32,000 nt of DNA from an uncultured Actinomycetes bacterium. Lineage in GTDB: Bacteria > Actinomycetota > Actinomycetes > S36-B12 > CAIYMF01. The stretch is from positions 180,001 through 212,000 of the forward strand of contig CAWJMG010000001.1 in NCBI GenBank assembly GCA_963843975.1. Reading direction: 5' to 3'. Positions 8,620-15,474 of the stretch are shown in pieces. The notes beneath the pieces were generated by a model. That model had not been told where the DNA came from. It was given only the letters and a program-made list of their open reading frames with translations, and did no database searches. The translations under genes were made by a program, and so were the position numbers. Every line of letters begins with the position of its first letter. Within the stretch, counting starts at the first letter, position 1.

Positions 8620-10295
8620 GCCGGCGCTCCGACCCGGTCGCGCAGGTCGACGTCCACCCGGTCCGGGTAGGAGTCACCGGCCGGCCCGAGGGTGAGGAGC
8701 ACGGGTCCGAGCAGCGCGACCTGGACGAGTGCGAGCGCGATGCCGGGCCACACCAGCCACGGGTTCCCACCGCTCAGGAAGAGCCGGACCAGACCTGCCC
8801 ACAGCAGCGCCTGGGACACGACCAGCCAGGTGCGGGCGACGAGCGCGACCCGCTGCGGGATCCCGGCCTTCTTGGGGCCGGCCGCAGCACCAGTAGGCAC
8901 CCAGCTCGCCACCTGGTTCCGCATCGCGTCGGTCACGGCGAGCAGGTGGCAGAAGCTGTTGATCATCGTCACGCGGTAGATGCCCGGGTCCCAGCCACGC
9001 GCGACGAGCGGGAAGATGAACAGCGTCGAGATGATGGACGGGATCATGAGCAGGTAGTTCGAGGGCACGATCGTGTCGGCGAAGAACCACACCATGATCA
9101 ACGTGGGCAGCACCGAGATGAGCGGCATGGCCGCTGATCCCATGTAGTACAGGAACGCCGCCCAGAACGACGTGCGCTGCCGCTTGTCGAACGGCGCCTT
9201 CTGGAAGAACGCGCTCATCATGAGGAGCATCGAGCTGCGGCACCAGCGGTACTGCTGATTCGTGAGCGCGTTCCAGCTGTCGGGTGCGAGCCCCTTGGCA
9301 AGCACGATCGGGACGTAGCGGGTGCGGTAGTTCGCGACCCAGAGCTTGACGCCCGAGTGGACGTCCTCGCCGATCGGCACCTGGGCGAACCCGCCGGCGG
9401 CCGTCACTGCCTGCCGCCGGTAGACGACGTTCGTGCCGGCGCAGATGGCGGCCTCGCAGGTGTCGCGGGCGGGCTGGATCCAGCGGAAGAACAGCTCCTG
9501 CAGGGCTCCGGCGTAGCGGGCGAAGTACGTGACGCGCCGGTCCACGTCGAAGTACTGCGCCGTCTGCACCACGCCCGTGGCCGGATCGGCCATGTACGGC
9601 ACCGTCTCCCAGAGGAAGTCCGGCCGCGGGGCGAAGTCGGCGTCGAACACGGCGATGAAGTCGCCGTCGGTGCGGTTGAAGGCGGCGATGAGGTTGCCGG
9701 CCTTCTTCCACTCGCCGCGGTTGGCGCGCACGACGTAGTCGAAGCCGAACTCCTCCGCGAGCCGCTGCGTCGGCTGGTCCGCGGCGTCGTCCAGGACATG
9801 GATGCGGACCTCGCCGTCCCACTCGAGGGCCCGGACGTGCTCGAAGGTGTTGGCGAGGACGACAGGGTGCTCGCCGCACACGGGCAGGAAGACGTCGATG
9901 CTGGGAGCGTCGCCGTCGAGGGCGGCGCGCCAGGTCTCGACGCCGACGACGTGGGCCTCGAGGGTGAGCCTGCGCCGCTTGAGGCGGAGCCACAGGTTCA
10001 CCACCATCGGCGGCACCATCACCGTCAGCAGGATGAGCCCGAGCGCCGTGTCCGGCGTGTGCAGCATGACGAGGATGAACGCGTAGACGAGGCACGCCTG
10101 CGAGAAGAAGAGCCACACGAACGGCCAACGGCGCTGCACGCCGAAGTAGCTGTACTTCTCCTGGTCGCTCGGCGCCGACGGCAGGTGGAACGTGGGGGCG
10201 ATAGCCGCCTCGTCCATCGGGACGGGTGCCGGTGCGTCGCGTGCGATGTGCCTCCTGGTGGTCCCGGCGCGGACATCGGTGTCGAACGTGGTCAT
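8616..10295 (-). CDS. Processive family-2 glycosyltransferase, cellulose-synthase-like (GT2-B)
   Basis: Inside ORF 8616..10478. I prefer ATG at 10295 (MTTFDTD...) because GAGGA lies 5 nt upstream; ATG at 10301 is also possible. Motifs seen: VLDDAAD, KKAGNL, FDADF (DxD), GEDVHSG (G/TED), QQYRW (QxxRW). Its stop overlaps the AT3 start (ATGA). Confidence 0.85.
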   Translation of the reverse strand: MTTFDTDVRAGTTRRHIARDAPAPVPMDEAAIAPTFHLPSAPSDQEKYSYFGVQRRWPFVWLFFSQACLVYAFILVMLHTPDTALGLILLTVMVPPMVVNLWLRLKRRRLTLEAHVVGVETWRAALDGDAPSIDVFLPVCGEHPVVLANTFEHVRALEWDGEVRIHVLDDAADQPTQRLAEEFGFDYVVRANRGEWKKAGNLIAAFNRTDGDFIAVFDADFAPRPDFLWETVPYMADPATGVVQTAQYFDVDRRVTYFARYAGALQELFFRWIQPARDTCEAAICAGTNVVYRRQAVTAAGGFAQVPIGEDVHSGVKLWVANYRTRYVPIVLAKGLAPDSWNALTNQQYRWCRSSMLLMMSAFFQKAPFDKRQRTSFWAAFLYYMGSAAMPLISVLPTLIMVWFFADTIVPSNYLLMIPSIISTLFIFPLVARGWDPGIYRVTMINSFCHLLAVTDAMRNQVASWVPTGAAAGPKKAGIPQRVALVARTWLVVSQALLWAGLVRLFLSGGNPWLVWPGIALALVQVALLGPVLLTLGPAGDSYPDRVDVDLRDRVGAPA

Positions 10296-10643
10296 GCGCA
10301 TCCTCGTGGGTCGTGGTGGCTGGCCAGGGCACGCGCGCACGTGCAGCGCGGCGTACGGCGGCATGGCGAGGCCCACCAGCACGCGCCGACGGCCGGTCGG
10401 AGGCGCACGGTGAAAGAGCCTGGTGTGCGGTGAGGTCGGGCGACTCGATGGTCGCGTCGAGGCGATGGCCGTCTGCAATGACGACCCGGACTCGGTCAGC
10501 CCCTGGGCGGGACCGTTCCCCCGACCGAGGCGGACGGGGATCGGCCGGGACCCTCACCCCGGCCGTCGTGCTGACTTCTCGAGACTACGTGTCCCGCTCA
10601 CGGGCAGCGCAAACCTGCCGTCCGGCTTACGGTCGGCCGTTGT

Positions 10644-10666
10644 GACGTGACCGACAGGGTCACGTC
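10644..10666 (-). terminator. Perfect 9-bp inverted repeat (GACGTGACC-N5-GGTCACGTC), 7 nt after the CocE/NonD stop codon; either a hairpin terminator or an operator
   Basis: Read directly: gacgtgacc gacag ggtcacgtc. No U-tract follows on the minus-strand RNA, so it may instead be a protein-binding palindrome upstream of the GT2 operon. Confidence 0.35.
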
Positions 10667-10673
10667 GACGGCG

Positions 10674-12638
10674 TCAGGCGAGGTCGCGGGGGAACTGGCG
10701 CTCCCAGCGTCTCTCGGCCACCACGCGGTCGCCCTCGCTGCACGTCATCGCGATGCGCACGTCGTACGTCCGCTCGCCGGCGTGCACCTCGAGCACCGAG
10801 CGCGTCGTCACGGTGACGGGGTTGCCGCTGCCGTCGTCGGCGAACGACAGGCGGAAGCTCACGTCGGACGCCGCGGTCTGCTCGAACGTCCGCGACGACA
10901 CCGACACTCGGCCGCCGTAGTGCTCGACCACCGCGCCATAGGGCGCGTCGTACGCCGAGCCGTGGTCGATCACGCACGTCGTGCGCCGCGCGAGCACGTC
11001 GCGCTCGACCCGCCACACCACGCCGTGGTCCGACTCGCTCGAGACGTCGTCGCCGGGCGAGAACGCAGGCGGCGGAGGCGATCCCGCCGGGTCGTACGCC
11101 GGCAGCACCAGCGTGCCGCCGTGCACGGTGAGCATCACCGGCAGCGGCGGCGCGGCCGTGTTGGGCCAGTCCGCACCGGCGAACGCGAGCCGTAGCACGT
11201 GACCAGGCAGCCAGCGGTAGGCCGCCGCCTCGATCTCGACCTCCACGTCGTACGCCGTCCCCGGCACGAGCGGCTCGACCGCCGCCATGCCGCCGCGGCG
11301 CGTCAGGTTGAGCACGCCGCGCGACACGAGAACCGACGTGCCGTCGGGTGAGACGTCCTGCAGCTTCACCGACACCGTCGCCACCGGCTGGTCGGACGAT
11401 ACCGACAGCACCACGCGCGCGTTGCCCGCGATCTCGAGCGGGCCGTCGGTGCCGAGGGCCGACGGGTCGACGTCCCACGTGAGCGAGTCGGCGTCGTCGT
11501 GCCGCTGGTCGAGCGACTGCCCGTACGGCAGGTGCCCGGCGCACGAGATCCAGGCCGCAGTGCCGACGTCGGGCTTCACCGCGTACGCCGCCCGCGCGTC
11601 GAGCGGCACCTCGAGCACCGACGAGCGCGGCGACGGCCACGAGTCGGCCCGCCACTCCCCCGCCACGACGTCGAGGTCGGGCTCGGGCGCGGTGAACTCG
11701 CGGACGTACCAGACCGCCTCGGGCTGGGCGTCGATCCCGTTGTCGACGCCGCGCAGCCAGCGGTCCCACCACGTCACCATCTCGGGCACGAGGTCGATGC
11801 GCGGCCCGGGCAGCGCCGACGACGTGGCCGCGTGCGACCACGGCCCCGCGAGAAGCCGTCGCGGGACGCCGTTCTCGCCGAGGCGCTCCATCGTGCGGAA
11901 CGTGTTGTTGCGGTAGCCGTCGGCCCAGCCCGCGACGATCATCGTCGGGATCTCGATCCGGTCGTACGCCGGACGCACCGAGCCGTGCCGCCAGTACGCG
12001 TTGTCGCGCTGGTTCTCGAACCACGTCATGATCCAGGGCTCGTGCTCGGCGATCCTCGCCTTCCACTCCTCGCGCCACGTCGCCCCGAACACCGCGGGCA
12101 CCGGCGGCAGCGCGTTCATCGGCGTCATGTAGTGGCAGTAGTCGACGAGGTCGATCCACCGTCGCAGGCCGCCCATGTAGTGCACGTCGTCGGTGTGCCG
12201 GTCGTCGGTGGCGTAGATCGCGATGACGGCCTTGAGATGCGCGGGCCGCTCGCACGCCATCTGCAGCGAGTTGAACCCGCTGTACGACGTGCCGTACATG
12301 CCGACGTTGCCGTCGCACCACTCCTGGGCTGCGAGCCAGGCGATCACCTCGGCCAGGTCGAGCTGCTCGGCTGCCGGGTACTCGTCCGTCGCACGCCCGC
12401 CGCTGCTGCCCGTGCCGCGCACGTCGAGACGCGCGACGGCGTACGCGTGCTCGTCCCGCAGCCGCACATACTCCGGCCGGTACGACGACGTCATGTCGTC
12501 CTTGCGGTAGGGCAGCGCCTCGAGGATGCAGGGCTGCGGCCCGTGCGCGGCGTTGGGGACGTACAGCGTCACGGACAGGAACACGCCGTCGCGCATGGGG
12601 ATCCAGGCGTCGACCTTGGTGCCCTCGAGGGCGTTCAT
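10674..12638 (-). CDS. CocE/NonD-family hydrolase (S15 X-Pro dipeptidyl-peptidase-like alpha/beta hydrolase)
   Basis: Inside the merged ORF 10674..13460. ATG at 12638 (MNALEGTKVDAWIPMRDGVFLSVTLYVP...). Family hallmarks: ILEALPYRKDD, RLDVRGTGSSGG, nucleophile elbow GTSYSG, later GPWSH. 654 aa. Its start overlaps the stop of the upstream gene (ATGA). Confidence 0.9.
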   Translation of the reverse strand: MNALEGTKVDAWIPMRDGVFLSVTLYVPNAAHGPQPCILEALPYRKDDMTSSYRPEYVRLRDEHAYAVARLDVRGTGSSGGRATDEYPAAEQLDLAEVIAWLAAQEWCDGNVGMYGTSYSGFNSLQMACERPAHLKAVIAIYATDDRHTDDVHYMGGLRRWIDLVDYCHYMTPMNALPPVPAVFGATWREEWKARIAEHEPWIMTWFENQRDNAYWRHGSVRPAYDRIEIPTMIVAGWADGYRNNTFRTMERLGENGVPRRLLAGPWSHAATSSALPGPRIDLVPEMVTWWDRWLRGVDNGIDAQPEAVWYVREFTAPEPDLDVVAGEWRADSWPSPRSSVLEVPLDARAAYAVKPDVGTAAWISCAGHLPYGQSLDQRHDDADSLTWDVDPSALGTDGPLEIAGNARVVLSVSSDQPVATVSVKLQDVSPDGTSVLVSRGVLNLTRRGGMAAVEPLVPGTAYDVEVEIEAAAYRWLPGHVLRLAFAGADWPNTAAPPLPVMLTVHGGTLVLPAYDPAGSPPPPAFSPGDDVSSESDHGVVWRVERDVLARRTTCVIDHGSAYDAPYGAVVEHYGGRVSVSSRTFEQTAASDVSFRLSFADDGSGNPVTVTTRSVLEVHAGERTYDVRIAMTCSEGDRVVAERRWERQFPRDLA

Positions 12639-13723
12639 GCGCGCGGCCCCGCGTAGTGGCGGTCGAGCAGCTCGGCCACCGCGTCGCGCGGCAGCGCCGG
12701 GATCGTCTTGCCGCCGACGCCGGTCACGTCGTGCGCGTTGAGCAGGCAGCTGATGACCGCCTCCTCCGACGCGTCGACGACCGCCTCGAAGTACGGGTCG
12801 AGCTCGCGGCCGGTGAGCGGTGCCTTCGCCGACGCCGTGCCGCGGGGTGCCCGCAGCCCGGTGGCCGCGGCCATGAAGATCTCGCCGCTCCCGTGGTGCG
12901 CGGTCGACCCGGTGCGCGCGAGGCCGAGGCCGATGCGGGTCGCGAGCCGCTCGCACCCGCGGTGGTCGATCGGTGCGTCGGTGACGACGACGCCGAGGCA
13001 CGAGCCCGCGGGCGGCGGCGGCACGTGGTCGGGGCGGCCGAGCAGCTGCCCGACCGGCACGCCGGCGATCGTGAGCCGGTCCCACTGGCCGAAGTTGCAC
13101 AGCAGCACGACGCCGACAACGTGGCCGTCGGGGAGCACGCGCGACGACGTGCCGATGCCGCCCTTCCACTGGTAGCAGGACATCCCGGTGCCAGCGCCGA
13201 CCGCGCCCTGGTCGGGCGTCGCGCCCGACCCGACGGAGGCCCGAGCCGCGGCGAGCGCCTCGCGCACGTGCTCGTGCGTCACGTGCATGTACCTCGCGTC
13301 GTTGAGCCACGAGTCGTCGCACTCGCCCACCACGGGGATCAGGAAGTCGTCGACGCCGATCCGCGGCTGCTCCTCGATGAGCAGGCGGCAGGCGGAGTCG
13401 TACACGCGCCCGACCTGCATCGTGGAGGTGAGGAACACCGGCGTCTCGGCCACACCCCACTCGTCCATCTGCGAGCGCGAGGTCAGCTCGCCGGCGCCGT
13501 TGAGCAGCGCGACGCCCGCCGGCACCGGCTCGAGGAACGGGTCGCCGCCGAGGTCGACGACCGTCACGCCCGTCCGCGCGAGCCCACGGCCCTCCGGCGG
13601 GTTGGGCTCGTCGTACACCACCGTCGCGTGGCCGAGACCCGCCCCCGGGACGTCGATCACCGAGTTCGTCGCGCCGCGCGGCAGCGTCCCGATCCTGACT
13701 CCGAGGTCAGCAAGCGTCGTCAT
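12635..13723 (-). CDS. P1/DmpA-family (S58) aminopeptidase-like Ntn hydrolase
   Basis: Inside ORF 12635..13993. ATG at 13723 (MTTLADLGVRIGTLPRGATNSVIDVPG...). DmpA-like blocks: NAITDVPG-like N-terminus, GAGTGMSCYQWKGGIGTSS, GVVVTDAP, ARTGSTAHHGSGE. 362 aa. Confidence 0.85.
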   Translation of the reverse strand: MTTLADLGVRIGTLPRGATNSVIDVPGAGLGHATVVYDEPNPPEGRGLARTGVTVVDLGGDPFLEPVPAGVALLNGAGELTSRSQMDEWGVAETPVFLTSTMQVGRVYDSACRLLIEEQPRIGVDDFLIPVVGECDDSWLNDARYMHVTHEHVREALAAARASVGSGATPDQGAVGAGTGMSCYQWKGGIGTSSRVLPDGHVVGVVLLCNFGQWDRLTIAGVPVGQLLGRPDHVPPPPAGSCLGVVVTDAPIDHRGCERLATRIGLGLARTGSTAHHGSGEIFMAAATGLRAPRGTASAKAPLTGRELDPYFEAVVDASEEAVISCLLNAHDVTGVGGKTIPALPRDAVAELLDRHYAGPRA

Positions 13724-13760
13724 GCGCCGATCCTGCCCGACCCCCGGCCCCGGCGCTGGC

Positions 13761-14834
13761 ATGCTCGCCCACATGAGCGCTCTCGTCGTGCGATCGGCCG
13801 ACTGCCTGCTGCACGTGCCGTCGGCGGAGATCTGGGTCGGCGTGCGCACGCCGGGCACCGAGCTGCCCGAACGGGCCACCCGGATCGAGGCCGAGCTGCG
13901 CGCGCGCGGGCACGAGGTGCGTGACGCCGAGGCGCACGACGACGACGTGCTGATACGCGTCCACGACCCGCGCCTCGTCGAGCACCTGCGCACCGTCTAC
14001 GACCGCTGGGTGGAGGCCGGCTTCCCCGACGAGCCGGGCCAGGACCGGGTGGTCCCGTACCTGATGCCGACGGCGGGGATGCTCGACGGCCTCCCCGAGC
14101 GCGAGCCCGCGGCGGTGCACGCCGCCGCCGGCCGCTGGTGCTACGACACGATGACGCTCGTCGGCCCAGGCACGTGGACTGCGGCCCGCGCTGCCGTCGA
14201 CGTCACCCTCACCGCGGTCGACGCCGTCGCCGCGGGAGCACCGCTCGCCTACGCCCTCGTGCGCCCGCCCGGCCACCACGTCACGCGGTCGGCGTACGGC
14301 GGCTCCTGCTATCTCAACAATGCGGGCATCGCGGCGCAGGCCCTGCGCGACGCGGGGCACGAGCGCGTAGCGGTGGTCGATCTCGACGCTCACCACGGCA
14401 ACGGCACGCAGGCTCTCTTCTACGACCGTGCCGACGTGCTCTACGCGTCGCTTCACGTCGACCCGGGGGCTGGCTGGTTCCCGCACTACGCCGGGTTCGC
14501 CGACGAGACCGGCCGCGGCCGGGGCGCCGACGCGAACCTCAACGTCCCGCTCGCACCCGGCACCGGCGACGCCGCCTGGCTCGACGCGGTCGGACGCCTC
14601 GCGGAGAAGGTCGAGGCGTCAGGAGCGACGGCGCTCGTCGTCAGCCTCGGCGTCGACTCGGCTGCAGCCGACCCCGAGTCGCCGCTGGACGTCAGCGTCG
14701 AGGTGCACCATGCCGCGGGCCGACGGCTCGCCGCGCTCGGGCTGCCGGTCGTCGCGGTGCAGGAGGGCGGCTACGACCTCGGCACGATCGGTCTGCTGGT
14801 CGCCGAGACCCTGGCGGGCCTCGACGGGCGCTGA
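13761..14834 (+). CDS. Histone-deacetylase-family Zn-dependent deacetylase/amidohydrolase (AcuC/APAH-like)
   Basis: Inside ORF 13188..14834; the upstream part is antisense to the DmpA gene. Start is ATG 13761 or ATG 13773. Motifs seen: VRPPGHH, DLDAHHGNGTQ, SLGVD, QEGGY. Confidence 0.9.
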   Translation: MLAHMSALVVRSADCLLHVPSAEIWVGVRTPGTELPERATRIEAELRARGHEVRDAEAHDDDVLIRVHDPRLVEHLRTVYDRWVEAGFPDEPGQDRVVPYLMPTAGMLDGLPEREPAAVHAAAGRWCYDTMTLVGPGTWTAARAAVDVTLTAVDAVAAGAPLAYALVRPPGHHVTRSAYGGSCYLNNAGIAAQALRDAGHERVAVVDLDAHHGNGTQALFYDRADVLYASLHVDPGAGWFPHYAGFADETGRGRGADANLNVPLAPGTGDAAWLDAVGRLAEKVEASGATALVVSLGVDSAAADPESPLDVSVEVHHAAGRRLAALGLPVVAVQEGGYDLGTIGLLVAETLAGLDGR

Positions 14835-14859
14835 CCCGCGAATACGGCATCCTGACTGC

Positions 14860-15474
14860 ATGACCGAGGGCCAGATCAGCGTCGACCCGCTGGGTGAGCC
14901 GGATCCGGAGCGCCCGGACATCTACATGCGCGTCACCCTCAAGAGCGGGCTGCACCTCGTGATCCGGCCGCTGAACCCCGAGGACCGCGCGGCCCTCGCC
15001 GACGGGTTCGTCGGTCTCTCCGACCGCAGCAAGTACCTGCGCTTCCTCACCGGCAAAGGCGTGCTGTCCTCGCGCGGCCTCGACAAGCTGGTCGACCAGG
15101 TCGACCAGCACGACCACGTCGCGCTCGCTCTCTGGTGGACGCGGCACACGCAGGCAGACGTGCTCCTCGGCGACGCCCGCTTCATCCGCCTCCCGGCCGA
15201 CCCGGAGTGCGCCGACGTCGCCGTCACCATCGCCGACGACATCCAGGGCGAGGGCGCCGGCACCCTCATGATGCTCGCGCTCGCGCGGCGCGCCCACGAC
15301 GAGGGCATCCGCCGATTCTCCGCCGTCATCTCGCCCGAGAACGAGGCGTCCCACCGCATGATGCTGGCAGCCGGCACGGTGATCCGGGACGAGTACTCCG
15401 ACGGACTCCGCGAGGTCGAGGTCGAGCTCGGCGAGCCGGTGCAGATCCCCGACGGCGTACCGCCCCGCTACTAG
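14860..15474 (+). CDS. GNAT-family N-acetyltransferase, Pat-type (protein-lysine acetyltransferase-like) domain
   Basis: Inside ORF 14428..15474; ATG at 14860. IRPLNPEDRAALADGFVGLSDRSKYLRFL resembles the S-x-x-S-R-Y-L-R-F-F block of Pat-like GNATs. Acetyl-CoA loop-like DIQGEGAGTLM. The last 8 codons lie in the left direct repeat of the insertion. Confidence 0.85.
   Translation: MTEGQISVDPLGEPDPERPDIYMRVTLKSGLHLVIRPLNPEDRAALADGFVGLSDRSKYLRFLTGKGVLSSRGLDKLVDQVDQHDHVALALWWTRHTQADVLLGDARFIRLPADPECADVAVTIADDIQGEGAGTLMMLALARRAHDEGIRRFSAVISPENEASHRMMLAAGTVIRDEYSDGLREVEVELGEPVQIPDGVPPRY
15448..15472. repeat. Left copy of the 25-bp direct repeat (cccgacggcgtaccgccccgctact)
   Basis: Read directly; 23/25 identical to 17392..17416. 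It encodes the GNAT C-terminus (P)DGVPPRY. Confidence 0.85.

Noticed and set aside
4862-10295. PilZ / c-di-GMP receptor domains, or BcsB/BcsC/BcsZ partners, in the GT2 operon
   Set aside because: I could not find RxxxR plus D/NxSxxG motifs in either GT2 C-terminus. No periplasmic or outer-membrane partner genes are present, as expected for a Gram-positive organism. The locus is therefore not called bcs.
10296-10478. Upstream extension of GT2-B (MQTAIAST...)
   Set aside because: It is Pro/Arg-rich and lacks coding character. A good GAGGA-ATG arrangement exists at 10295. Some uncertainty remains.
6827-10557. 647-aa (6827..8770) and 627-aa (8674..10557) minus-strand ORFs, out of frame with the AT3 and GT2-B genes
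   Set aside because: They are frame-shifted shadows with Arg/Pro-rich composition and no TM pattern or motifs, whereas the chosen frames have full family signatures.
10660-12656. 553-aa minus-strand (10660..12321) and 385-aa plus-strand (11499..12656) ORFs over the CocE/NonD gene
   Set aside because: Same shadow-ORF composition. The CocE frame has the GTSYSG nucleophile elbow and family blocks.
13188-13993. Long 5' extensions of the HDAC ORF (from 13188) and the DmpA ORF (to 13993), which overlap each other
   Set aside because: Each extension is the antisense of the other gene's well-supported coding region. Internal ATGs at 13761/13773 and 13723 give family-typical N-termini.
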